Shown here piece by piece: positions 25,624 to 37,868 of a stretch of 64,000 nucleotides of DNA. The stretch is taken from the NCBI RefSeq assembly GCF_006345805.1, contig NC_043020.1:8866001-8930000 (forward strand), given 5' to 3'. How positions within the stretch are numbered: position 1 is the stretch's first letter; the number at the start of each line of letters is the position of its first letter. Source of the DNA: Octopus sinensis (Eukaryota). The notes beneath the pieces were generated by a model, which worked only from the letters and a program-made list of their open reading frames with translations, had not been told where the DNA came from and made no database searches. The position numbers and the translations under genes are program-made.

Positions 25624-25755
25624 ATTTATTTTATAGAAGGAGCTTCTACAGGACTAGTACTGTTTCATTCAAATGAAATCATCAGGAAGCTTCCTGATGA
25701 TTTCATTTGAATGAAACAGTACTAGTCCTGTAGAAGCTCCTTCTATAAAATAAAT
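25624..25755. repeat. Perfect 132-bp palindrome (66+66, no spacer)
   Basis: Checked base by base; centre AAG|CTT between 25689 and 25690. Confidence 0.97.
25688..25738 (+). ncRNA. Type I hammerhead ribozyme-like motif, mirrored on the minus strand by the palindrome
   Basis: Stem I AGCTTC/GAAGCT; core CTGATGA (25694-25700); stem II TTC-ATTT-GAA with U.U closing pair; GAAA (25713-16); stem III ACAG/CTGT; cleavage triplet GTA at 25730-32. Confidence 0.6.
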
Positions 25756-25965
25756 ATATATATAACGTTAGAAGGTATTTTAGTTTTGTGGAAACAGTCG
25801 CTAAGAACATCATCATCATCGTCATTATCATGTTAAGATGTTATTCTAAAATGGAAGAAAGACATATGTTGTGAATTAAAAAAAGACCCAAAATAATTGT
25901 TTTTCCCCGACCAAGACAGCCTGACAGTCTTCCATAGAAAATATACAGACAACAAACGTCTAGTC

Positions 25966-26109
25966 CTGTGGTTCCCAATACAGGGTCCGCAAAGGCAGTA
26001 CTAGGGATCAGTGAACTAAATCCAAAATTTCATATATCTATATATAAGGATAAACATATTAAAAGGGGTCCATCTGAAAACTCATTTAAATAAAGGGGTT
26101 GGGAACCAC
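25966..26109. mobile_element. Old hAT-like MITE
   Basis: GTGGTTCCCAA / TTGGGAACCAC inverted ends; flanks gtctagtc / gtctggta match at 6 of 8. Confidence 0.5.
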
Positions 26110-26201
26110 GTCTGGTATAATAGACGAGGGTATATATGAATAACTAAATATACTCATAAACATGTATATACTATAATAACAGTATACACGCGCACACATA
26201 T

Positions 26202-26537
26202 TCTTTTACTTGTTTCAGTCATTTGACTGTGGCCATGCTGGAGTACCGCCTTTAGTCGAACAAATCGACCCCAAGACTTATTCTTTGTAAGCCTAGTACT
26301 TATTCTATTGGGTCTCTTTTGCCGAACCGCTAGATTATCGGGACAGAAACACACAAATACACACACACATTATGCGACGGGCTTCTTTTAGTTTCCTCTA
26401 CCAAATCCACTGACAAGGCTTTGGTCGGTCCGAAGCCTTAGTAGCAGACACTTGCTCAAGGTCCCATGGAGTGGGACTGAACCCGGAAGCATGTGGTTGG
26501 TGAGCAAGCTTCTTACCACACAGCCACTCCTGCGCCT
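26202..26537 (-). mobile_element. SINE A
   Basis: Consensus match with deletion. Confidence 0.85.
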
Positions 26538-27079
26538 GTAATACACACACACGTGTACATATTGTGTGTGTGTATGTGCTATTTACCAATATGTATAGTT
26601 GAAATAAACCTTTGAGATGCTTTGCCCCACACAAAAACTGTAGAAGCCTCTTGAGGTTTTGCACGCTTTTCTAAATCCATTGTCCTCTCGCGCACATACA
26701 CACATTAACGAAATATATACATACTTGTACATACTGTTGAGTGTTTTCATATATATGTGTGTGTGTGTTTAGTTACGTGGAAATTATTTTAAAAAACTGC
26801 CGTTCAAACCGAAAAGATCCGTCACTTATATAACATTACAACCGAATAATATATAAACGCATATACATACACATGCATATATGCATCGCGTAGAGCAGAA
26901 TAGTTTATATATACGTGGGAGCGCTGAAAAGTTCCTAGTTTTAAGGGTGTACATACATATACACACATGAATATATAGACAGATATAAACAATATACATA
27001 CACATATACATAACACCTATGTATACTGCATTTACCAAAATAGCTGTGTATTTATTGTACGTATATGTATGTATGTATG

Positions 27080-27083
27080 TAGG

Positions 27084-27127
<44 letters not shown>

Positions 27128-27212
27128 TAGATAGATAGATAGATAGACAGATAGATAGATAGATAGACAGACAGATGTAGATAGATAGATAGACAGACAG
27201 ACAGATGTAGAT

Positions 27213-27263
<51 letters not shown>

Positions 27264-27279
27264 TAGATAGATAGACAGT

Positions 27280-27327
<48 letters not shown>

Positions 27328-27335
27328 TAGACAGT

Positions 27336-27383
<48 letters not shown>

Positions 27384-27384
27384 C

Positions 27385-27423
<39 letters not shown>

Positions 27424-27603
27424 CAGACAGATGTAGATAGATAGATAGACAGACAGACAGATGTAGATAGATAGATAGATAGATAGATAGACATGATAGA
27501 GTTAGATAGATAGATATAGATAGATAGACAGATACTGACAGATAGATAGAAGACAGTAGATAGATAGATAGATAGAAGACCGACAGATAGATAGATAGAC
27601 AGT

Positions 27604-27637
<34 letters not shown>

Positions 27638-27735
27638 GATAGTAGACAGACAGACAGATAGATAGAGATAGATAGATAGACAGACAGATGTAGATAGATA
27701 GATAGACAGACAGACAGATGTAGATAGATAGATAG

Positions 27736-27775
<40 letters not shown>

Positions 27776-27817
27776 AGACAGATAGATAGATAGCAGTTAG
27801 ATAGATAGATAGACAGT

Positions 27818-27849
<32 letters not shown>

Positions 27850-27850
27850 A
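27080..27850. repeat. (GATA/GACA)n microsatellite array
   Basis: Direct observation. Confidence 0.97.
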
Positions 27851-28993
27851 AGAGAGAAAAGGGGAGAGGGTAAGGGGTGTGAGAGTGTCTGTATACACAC
27901 TCTCTTCTGGCGTGTGGAAATTCACACAATATTTAACAAATGCAAAAATTTAATGAACTCTAATTAACACAATGTGTTAAATAGATTGAGTGACTGCTCT
28001 GTCGGCCTCTCGCTATATATATATATATATATATTACAATAAATGAGCAAGTGCATGTATGTATAAAACAGCATGGGTGTATGTGTAAGTGTATATAACG
28101 GTTGTAAGTCTACATAACAGTGTGTGCAATCTTTAAATGATTAAATAATCCTCTTGATAAGACTGTCTTCATTACAACACATCATCTCTTATGAAGCAGA
28201 CAAGTTGGAATCGGGCCCAAAGCTTAAAATCACATTTCAGTGTATATATAATTTATAAACACACACACATATATATATACACACACGGGCTATATATATA
28301 TGATTTTGATGTGCGTGTACACGTGCGTACATACAATGCATATACAAACAGCTGTATGCAACGAAGACTGCTTCTAAGTCTAAAAAGAAGCGTAGAATTC
28401 CCAAGATTAATTGCGACATACACAAAGACATATTCATACACGCATGGCATCTTATGTAGTAGATACAGCGACAAGAAACAGCAACTAAATCCTCCCTCGA
28501 ATCACATTTTAGTGTTTAAAAAGCAAGGTTGAGGGGATGGGGAGAAATGACGATCAATAATACAGTCTCGGATATACAGGTTTAAAAGATAAAAGACGAG
28601 ATCGTCACAGCTGGAACGCTTTCGGTGTTAAGTCTATTCGAGCAAGTATGAACCTGGGCCTAAACAACAAAAACAGAGGGAGCGCCTACGTGGTTAGTGG
28701 AACAGCAGAAATAGCAGCTACATATGCATTCAAATAATAGTAACATCTTGGAAAAAAAAGATCGTCAGATAATGTAGTCCTCGATACACTATGGCAGAGG
28801 AAAGGCGGATAGAATGCTTTTAATTATACGCAGGTGAAACTGATCGGAGTTGACCTGGAGTTAAACAATAACAGACATGAATTAAATCACTGCATTTATA
28901 GGGAAATATCAAACAACGACTGCAGTATTGTGTCCACCATATATATAGGAAAAATATGTAAGGACCATTACTTATTCCTTGACTTATATATAT

Positions 28994-29230
28994 ATTTTTT
29001 TCTTTATTACCCACAAGGGGCTAAACACAGAGAGGACAAATAAGGACAGACAAACGGATTAAGTCGATTAGATCGACCCCAGTGCGTAACTGGTACTTAA
29101 TTTATCGACCTCGAAAGGATGAAAGGCAAAGTCAACCTCGGCGGAATTTGAACTCAGAACGTAACGGCAGACGGAAGTACCACAAAGCATTTCGCCCGGC
29201 ATACTAACGTTTCTACCACCTCGCCGCCTT
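28994..29230 (-). mobile_element. SINE B
   Basis: 13-bp TSD GACTTATATATAT (28981-28993, 29231-29243). Confidence 0.9.
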
Positions 29231-29439
29231 GACTTATATATATCACCGTGTAAAACCCAGTTTGTCTGGAGCCCAACCACGAATTTACTATATAGAATTG
29301 TGACGAACCATAAGCTTGGAACCTGCTATAAGAATACGTGGAGTTCTTCACTGATCTAAATATTGTTAGCCTGGTGAGCCAACTGAGAGCTTATGAAGTA
29401 TTTTGCCCGGATTGATAATCCCACGCTATTGGCTATATA

Positions 29440-30390
29440 TATAAAATACAAAATGGGACAAGAACGCAAAACATCCGGACAACTAGGTGATACAAAAAGG
29501 GGACAACAAAACATCCGGATAGACGATACAAAGAAAACAAGGACGGGTCGTTCGAAGTTTTCTATCTTCAGTCAAGAACCAGATTATCCTCGCAATTTCG
29601 GCTGGTTCAATATACAATGTGGACGTACGTGTCACATATGCGCGGCAACTTGGTGGAAAATGTTTTCCACTTGAGATTCAGGGTGACCAAAACATTGCGA
29701 ATGGATTTGGTAGACGAAAACTGAAAGAAGCCCGTCCTGTGTGTCCTCTTACCATAGCTTGACAACCAGTGTGGATTTCTTAATGTATTGTGTGGGTTGC
29801 ATTCGAGATTTGTAGAGACACCTTAGATCTACGACTAAAGATAACTGAATTGGCAGACAGATTGACAGCCAAATAGATACACAGACACAAGTCCACCATT
29901 CCAACTAAGATACAAGATAGATACATAACACAAGAAGACTTCAGGTTGAAGCTGAACACAATGGCAGGGATTTGTCTGTATAAATGTTTATATATGTATG
30001 TATGTGTGTGTGTGTATATATATATAAAATACAAAATGGGATAAGAAGACAAAACATCTGGACAGTTAGGTGATACAAAAATGGGACAACAAAACATCCA
30101 GATAGACGATACAAAGAAACCAAGGACAGGTCATTCGAAGTTTTCTTTCCTCGGTCAAGTACCAGATTATCTTTGCAATTTCGGCTGGTGTGTAAGCATA
30201 TATGTATACATGTATGAATGTATACAAATACATACACACATGTGTATGTGTATATATATATAAAATACAAAAAAATGGGATAAGAACACAAAACATCCAG
30301 ATAGACGATACAAAGAAACCAAGGACAGGTCATTCGAAGTTTTCTTTCCTCAGTCAAGTACCAGATTATCTTTGCAATTTCGGCTGGTGT
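29440..30390 (-). repeat. Three related copies of a PLE-terminus-like repeat (family G: about 29440-29600, 30030-30190, 30262-30390); related copy at 61120-61270 (+)
   Basis: Shared (C/T)TGANGA...GAA(T/C)GACCYGTCC segment and ttgtatcgtctatc tail. Confidence 0.6.
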
Positions 30391-30445
30391 GTAAGCATAT
30401 ATGTATACATGTATGAATGTATACAAATATATACACACATGTATA

Positions 30446-30517
<72 letters not shown>

Positions 30518-30829
30518 TACACACACATTGTAGAATGCAACTTCTTGGAACATTGCAGATTCGTAGGACGTCACACTGAAATCCTACGAAAGACAAAACA
30601 TTCAGGGCTGCAGGCAGGTTCCAGAAATAGGCAAGCTAGGTTTTCTAGATATTTCTTCCTTAAAAGGAAAGCAGTGCTATCCTTGGAAAACTGCTTCTCA
30701 GTCACCATAGCAACTGCCAAATACGTCCGTCACCAAAGTTTGGGAGACCCTGAATCAATATCACAAACTGACTGTGGGTAGGTTTATGATTACACATGCC
30801 CATCTGCTCAATCCTGTATCTTATCTTTT

Positions 30830-31025
30830 ACTCGCTGCAGTCAATTGGGCTGTGGCCATGCTGGGGCAGCAATTTGAAGAATTTTTAGGCAAATGAATCA
30901 ACTCCAGGACTTATTTTTTAAGCCCAATACTTATTCTATTGGTCTCTTGCTGAGCCTCTACATTACAGGGATGTAAACACACCAATACTGGCTGTCAAGT
31001 AGTAGTAGAGAACTAACACAGCACA

Positions 31026-31081
<56 letters not shown>

Positions 31082-31445
31082 TGGCACCTGTGCGGGTGGC
31101 ACGTAAAAAGCACCCACTACACTCACGGAGTGGTTGGCGTTAGGAAGGGCATCCAGCCGTAGAAACACTGCCAGATCAGACTGGGCCTGATGCAGCTTTC
31201 TGGCTTCACAGACCCCAGTTGAACCATCCAACCCATGCTAGCATGGAAAGCGGACGCTAAATGATGATGATATATATAAATATATATGATGGGCTTCTTT
31301 CAGTTTCCATCTGCCAAGTAGACTCACAAGTCTTTGGTCATCCTGAGGCTATGGAAGATACTTGCCCAAGATGCCACATAATGAGAGTGAATCGGGAACC
31401 ATGTGGTTATGAATCAAACTTCTTTACCACACAGCCACACCTGTG
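30830..31445 (-). mobile_element. Old SINE A interrupted by family D (31075-31268)
   Basis: 3' half 30830-31010 and 5' half 31285-31445. Confidence 0.75.
31075..31268 (+). mobile_element. Family D
   Basis: Consensus match; near-identical to 38157-38292. Confidence 0.85.
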
Positions 31446-31932
31446 CAATATATTCTACTATTCCAAATTTGTGCAGAACTTTCTGACAGATCCACCCACA
31501 AAAGCATTTTTCAAAGAGATTCCTGCAAGAGAAACAGGTGCCACTACCAGAAGCCTGCTTTCACTTTTCATACAGAACAGCTTTTTTTACCAGTCACCAC
31601 AGTTCTGGCTATGCTGCCAAGCAACTGCACAACCTGTCAGTGTTACATCAGTCATTGACCCTGTTGAAAAGTTACCTGCAGCTTTTGCACCTTTGAAGAT
31701 ATGTAGAAGTACAGGTAAGAGTCAGTGACAGGAAGAGCATCTCACAATAACACAATGCTTCAGTAATATATTCATCCAACCCATATTAACATGGAAAAAT
31801 GGACATAAAATTATGAGGTTTTATATATATATATAAAGTTAATCCAAACAAAAAAAAAAAAAACACAACAACGCGAGGACGTGGAACAAATAAAGTATTA
31901 TTGGACGCTCAGGAAAGAAGGGAAGAAGGAGG

Positions 31933-31967
31933 GTCTAACGTTTCGAGCGGAGCTCTTCGTCGGAAAC
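31933..31967 (-). ncRNA. Minimal PLE-type hammerhead relic
   Basis: Minus strand GTTT-CCGACGA-A-GAGC(TCC)GCTC-GAAAC-GTT|AGAC. The core has U4 changed to C; the palindromic ACGT stem III is typical of dimeric minimal hammerheads. Confidence 0.4.
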
Positions 31968-32049
31968 AGAAGGAAAGATCCCAAGAAGGGAAGACAGAGG
32001 AAAAAAAAAAAAAAAAAATCGCCAGCGGTACTCACAAGGTCACATATTG

Positions 32050-32093
<44 letters not shown>

Positions 32094-32334
32094 CACACAC
32101 ACTCATACATATATGTGTATCATCGTTTAACATCCGCCTTCCATGCTGGCATGGGTTGGATGGTTTGACAGGAGACAGACAGGTAGAAAACTACACTATG
32201 CTTCTGTGCCTGTTTTGGCAGAGTTTTTACAGCTGGAGGCCCTTCCAAATGCCAACCACTTCACAGTGCGACTGGATGCTTTTCAGGTCTGTTTTCCATA
32301 CTGGTATGGGTTGAATGGTTCAACAGGAGCTAAT

Positions 32335-32666
32335 GAGCCTTTAGTCAAACAAATCAACCCCAGAACTTATTCCTTGTAAGCCTGGTACTTATTCTACTGG
32401 TCTCTTTTGTTGAACCACTTAAGTTATAGAGACGTAAACACACCAACATCGGTTGTCAAGTGATGGTGTGTGTGTGGATGGGGGGGAACACAGACACATA
32501 TATGACGGGCTTCTTTCAGTTTCCCTCTACCAAATCCACTCACAAAACTTTGGTTGGCCTGAGGGTATAGTCGAAAGACACTTGCCCATGGTGCCACGCA
32601 GTGGGACTGAACCTGGAACCATGTAGTTGATAAGCAAGCTACTTACCACACAGTCACTCCTGTGCA
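32335..32666 (-). mobile_element. SINE A (diverged)
   Basis: Consensus match. Confidence 0.8.
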
Positions 32667-33009
32667 TAAATCTATATTTATGCTTATATACATATACACA
32701 TCGTCAAGGGAACAGATTGGATGGAAAATAACAGATGTCAAGAGGTAGAGATCAGAGTCGCAAAGAGAAATTCGCACTTCCCCACCAACTCTCTCCTATG
32801 ATAAACGCCCCTCCCGGGCTCTTCTTGGCCTGAGCAGCCACCTCAGGCCCTGACATCTTTCACATGCATCAGGATGAGGAGGCTCAATCACTTGCTAGTT
32901 TTACTCAGATATGAGTCTAATGCTGACAACAACATCACACACATATATACATTAATACCGCTCCAACTACATGGGTTCAGGTCCAGTCCTGTTGTGTGGC
33001 ACCTTCGGC

Positions 33010-34330
33010 CAGTGGTGATATCATTTTTGAAGTAGGATGACAAGGCTGGGTAACTGCACACAAGCTGTTGGTTACTTAAGTCTATTTGATGCTCAAAATT
33101 CATCTTAAGCTGCAGAGGTGGGATGTGTTGAGACACTGCTCATGTGGATGAGATACTAACGGTTTCAATGCAAGCTCTGTACACCTTAGCGTGTTTATAA
33201 TTAGCTTACTGTTCTTTAAGGCTCATGTTAACATTCTCGCTAGTATTGAGACGGCTTTCCCAAAGCATCTGCTGATCTCAGACACTGGAGAAGGGTGTCT
33301 CTGAAGGTTAAGCTGAGGTACATAATCTAATGGACTTCATCTAGCTCACAGTTGTTAATGGAGATGGTAGGGGGAGAGCTCAAGATTCTGGCCCAGAATG
33401 TTGTCTTCTTCAAACTGATGGTTAAGTTAAAGCTTTGACAGGCTTAACCTCTCGCGAGGTTGTTTCTAAGGTGTTGCATGAATGCATCATCGGCAAACAG
33501 CAAGCCTCTGACAATTATCTTTCATATTTGGGTTTTTGCCCTCATTTGAGACAGGCTGAGAAGTTTGCCATCAGATCTTGTGTGGAGGTAAACTTCATCA
33601 GTTGCTGTTCCAAAGGCATGCTTCAGTGAAGAAGATGCTAAACAAGATAGATACAAGCAGACAGCCCTGTTTCACTCCACTGTAAAGGGAGTCTGAGGAA
33701 AAGCAATTTAAGTATGTGACACCTTTCATGACCATGTGGAATGACTGAACAATCCTGAGTAGCAATGGTAGGCACCCAAATTTAAGCAAGAATTTGGATC
33801 AGGGCATCTTTGCCCACAAGGTGCAAAGCCTCTGTGAGGTCACCAAAAGTGATACAGAGTGGTTTAGTCACTCTACATTTTCCATTCAGTTGGCAAGGGC
33901 AAATCATGTCCGTTAAGGTGTACTTATTTGTACTTGCAGTGGCATTTACCACCAAGCTGGGTTGAGGTGGCTCCAACCAACGAGTTCACTGCATCCCTCA
34001 CAAACGCTGACCACATCCAACAGACGAGGCTGTGATGGATTCCCACTCCCAGTTCAACTGCCAAAGACCATAGCCACAGGGTCTGAATTGTGCTTCCATG
34101 TTCCCCTTCAGCTGTCCACGAGCTCATTTGCACCAGCTTGGGAGGGGAGCTGGATTGAGTGCAGAAGTCAGGGCTGAATCCACACTGATAGCCAGACTAT
34201 ACCCTTTCACTGATTTTCCAGTCTGTTTAGGGACTGGACAAACAAAGACCTTTCCAATGATGCCAAGCAAGAAGACTTGGGTATATGTTTTGGAACAGCC
34301 ATTTTGGCATTGCTGAGTTGATGCTGACTT
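33010..34330 (-). mobile_element. Decayed RTE (BovB-like) LINE, reverse-transcriptase region
   Basis: GIIGKVF, FGDLTEALHLV, KFGCLPLLLRIVQSFH, SGVKQGCLLVSILFSIFF, ISINNCELDEV; many stops and frameshifts. Confidence 0.85.
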
Positions 34331-34619
34331 CTTTGACATCAGACATTTTGAGGTTTCCCAGTTTATGTAAGTATATTTCCCTTTATGCATATAAGGAAAG
34401 AAAAATTATGATTCATCCTTTCTCTCTGTCAGTCAGTCTCTCTCATTCCTTCTCTCCTAGTTTATGAGACCATACTTGTCTTAATATATATGAAGAGAGG
34501 GTAAGTATTTATCTCAGTGGTATCCAGTTAATAAATTGTAACGTATCTCTCTCTCTCTCTCCCTTATCTGTAAATGTGTATACCTTACACATGCTCTTGT
34601 GCATTGCCTCCAGTATTGA

Positions 34620-34870
34620 AAAGTAATGTCACCAAAACACTGAATATCCAGTTAGCCATGTCAGATTGTCAGTGTCCAAGCAGCCACGCCCAATTGTCTC
34701 GTTCCAAGAAGATTCCTCTGTGGTTATTGCAATCAATTCCATAGCCTTTATACAAGAACAGGGTGAAAGCATTGCAATCTTATGTCCTATAGGAGTGCAC
34801 CTTCTTTGCTGAATGCACACAACACTGTGTCTAAGTGGTGCAACAGGATGTTTTTTGCACACTTGATAGC
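34620..34870 (-). mobile_element. Additional RTE RT N-terminal fragment
   Basis: LYKGYGIDCNNHRGIFL, resembling the LYKGKGD..DCNNYRGISL motif. Confidence 0.6.
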
Positions 34871-35442
34871 TTCTGGTGGAATGCTATTGGTGACTTGCTA
34901 ATGGGAAGGTTTAATATACGCATATCTATGAACATGTAAATACGTGTGTGTGTATATATATATATACTTACTTATCCAGTCAAGCGGAAAATACACTCCC
35001 TAACTACACGCTAAAAAGCTATTTAAAATATCCACATGATGTCTACTGACCAGCCTGAACAATAAGAATTTTCAACAACACTATTTTCGAAAATTCTAAA
35101 CATTCACGTGACCTCTTTATTATGGCCAATAAGAAATTTTAGGCGGGACACTAGCCAAATTTTAACTTCTCTGGAGCCTTTTTTCTTACCCCAACACCAA
35201 CTTCCATTCAAACATTCACGTGACCCCTTCATAATGACCAATCAAAATTTTAGGCGCGAAACAAGCAAATCCAAAACAACTCTGGAGCCTTTTTTTTCAC
35301 ATATAAGAGACAGACTCTAATCTCTCTTTTATATTTTGATAAGCATAACAACAAATGCGCAACCGGTAAAAAGAACTTTCACCTAATTAAATACTTAATT
35401 ACTTCAATTATTTGTCAGCATTTTCTTCATTTCCTTTTTATA

Positions 35443-35493
<51 letters not shown>

Positions 35494-35594
35494 ATAAAGT
35501 TCAGCAAAATTTAGATTCAGATGAATATGTTACTTGATTAAAGGTACCAGAATTTGGTATGGCATTATCCATATAAATCAAATGGGGTGATTAT

Positions 35595-35715
35595 AATCAA
35601 AATAAGCAACAAGGATATCCAAGGTATTGTAGTACAAGCGTTCATGCTACTTTCATGAGTAGCATGAACACTTGTACTACACTACCTTGGATATCCTGTG
35701 TTGCTTATTTTGATT
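35595..35715. repeat. Imperfect ~120-bp palindrome
   Basis: aatcaaaataagcaac...gttcatgctact [ttcatg] agtagcatgaac...gttgcttattttgatt. Confidence 0.85.
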
Positions 35716-35958
35716 TTATATATATATATCTACTTCATGTATGAATGTGTTCATATCTATCTATCTATCATATTATATATATGGTGTGTGTGTAGTAAAG
35801 TAGATTTATCATACATTATATCATTACAGATCAGTGTAACCTCAAAACCTCGATAGCTGGTATCTTAGGCTGTAGCTGGCATAAAGTAGGTGCTTTTATA
35901 TGCATATTCAAAAAATGTTACCCATAAACAAACTTTAAGTATATATATATTATATATA

Positions 35959-35995
<37 letters not shown>

Positions 35996-36392
35996 AATGA
36001 GATGGTCAAGCATGACCTTCAAACATTGGGCCTTCATGAATAGTCATGAACACTTGTACTACACTACTTGGATATCTTGTTGCTTATTTTGATTTTATAT
36101 ATATATATCTACATTCATGTATGAATGTGTTCATATCTATCTATCTATATATATATATATATATGTGGTGTGTGTGTAGTAAAGTAGATTTATCATACAT
36201 TATATCAGTACAGATCAGTGTAACCTCAAAAACCTCGATAGCTGGTATCATTAGGCTGTAGCTGGCATAAAGTAGGTGCTTTTATATGCATATTCAAAAA
36301 ATGTTACCCATAAACAAACTTTAAGTATATATATATATATATATATATATATGGAATGAGATGGTCAAGCATGACCTTCAAACATTGGGCCT
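35657..36392. repeat. ~380-bp tandem duplication
   Basis: catgaacacttgtactacac...ggaatgagatggtcaagcatgaccttcaaacattgggcct occurs twice. Confidence 0.88.
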
Positions 36393-36953
36393 CACAGAGG
36401 CAATGATGATAAACCGAGACCCCTGGAGATATGCTGTGACTGAGAAGACCCAACAAATAACATGAGTTCATGGCTGTTTCCTGTACCAGCTTCACATAAC
36501 AGCCCCAGCCCATCCAAAGTACCTTGGATCACAGGATGGCCTGCTGTGCTTACCTTGGATCGTAGGGTGACCTGCTGTGCTTGAGGAGACCTACTGAGTC
36601 AAGTACATCAACATCAAAATAAAAATCAAATGGAAATTGTAGTTGTGATACTCGTGCTGTTGGCATGTAAAAAGCACCATCTGAATGTGGCCAATGCCAG
36701 CATAGCCATGGCTGGCTTCTGTGCCGGTGGCACGTAAAAAGCACCAACTGATCATGGCCATTGCCAGCCTCCTCTGGACCCTGTGCCAGTGGCACATAAA
36801 CAGTACCCACTACACTCATGGAGTGGTTGGTGTTAGGAAGGGCATCCAGCTGTAGAAACACTGCCTGGTGCAGCCTACTGGCTTCCCAGACCCCGGTCGA
36901 AACATCCAACCCACGCTAGCATGGAAAAGGGACGTTAAACGATGATGATGTGA
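36352..36953 (+). mobile_element. 5'-truncated RTE LINE: ORF C-terminus plus long 3' UTR ending in family D sequence and (GAT)n
   Basis: WNEMVKHDLQTLGLTEAMMINRDPWRYAVTEKT..* (36352-36465), continuing into family D. Confidence 0.75.
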
Positions 36954-37487
36954 TATATATATATATATCAGTGGCAAGTCCGGCACTTGGGCTGTTCAAG
37001 CTTTGCCCAGGTATAAATTTAGTAAAGTGAACGTGTATTTACAAGCTGATTTAATTTCTGCTAATACTGACTTCAAGTATGTAATTGCAGACAATAACTC
37101 GGGCTCCTTTTACTGAGCCAGGTCGTAGTTTATTTATTTTTGTTCAGCATCTGGTGGTCTTAGAGATGCCCTGTGTCAAAAAATATCATTCGTAGCAGAC
37201 GTTCTCTCGACATGACTCACACGTGCCTGACTCGGGCTCAGGAGTTTACAGTCAGAGTTTTTATCAAGAATCGTAAAAGTTAAAAGTAATTCAAATTCAA
37301 TGTTTTCTTGAAACAATAAATTTTGATAGCGATTAGGATTTAAATTCCAATCTATGAAAATTTTCCGTTCTAAAATATTCTTAAAGGAAGGAAAAATTAT
37401 CCACCAACTCAGGCTGATACGAACGAGCCTGGTAGGTGTAAAAGACTAACTGGTATCTCTTGTCAAGAGTACAGGCGACAGTCAGAT

Positions 37488-37868
37488 TACTCTTTTACTT
37501 GTTTCAGTCATTTGACTGCGGCCATGCTGGAGCACCGCCTTTAATCGAGCAAATCGACCCCGGGACTTATTCTTTTTGTAAGCCCAGTACTTATTCTATC
37601 GGTCTCTTTTGCCGAACCGCTAAGTGACGGGGACATAAACACACCAGCATCGGTAGTCAAGCAATGCTAGGGGGACAAACACAGACACACAAACATATAC
37701 ACATATATACGACAGGCTTCTTTCAGTTTCCGTCTACCAAATCCACTCACAAGGCATTGGTCGGCCCGGGGCTATAGCAGAAGACACTTGCCCAAGATGC
37801 CACGCAGTGGGACTGAACCCGGAACCATGTGGTTGGTTAGCAAGCTACTTACCACACAGCCACTTCTG
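37488..37868 (-). mobile_element. SINE A
   Basis: Consensus match. Confidence 0.9.

Noticed and set aside
25826-25840. TCTTAAC (minus strand) as the U12 branch point for UBE2H exon 2
   Set aside because: Sequence after the next AG does not encode IESKHEV.
27279-27929. 216-aa LSIY-repeat ORF and other poly-I/L/T/D or YI/VC ORFs (including 58749-59518 and 62681-63241)
   Set aside because: Microsatellite translations.
30560-30590. TTCGTAGGA / TCCTACGAA stem-loop
   Set aside because: 9-bp stem with a 13-nt loop is within chance expectation for 64 kb.
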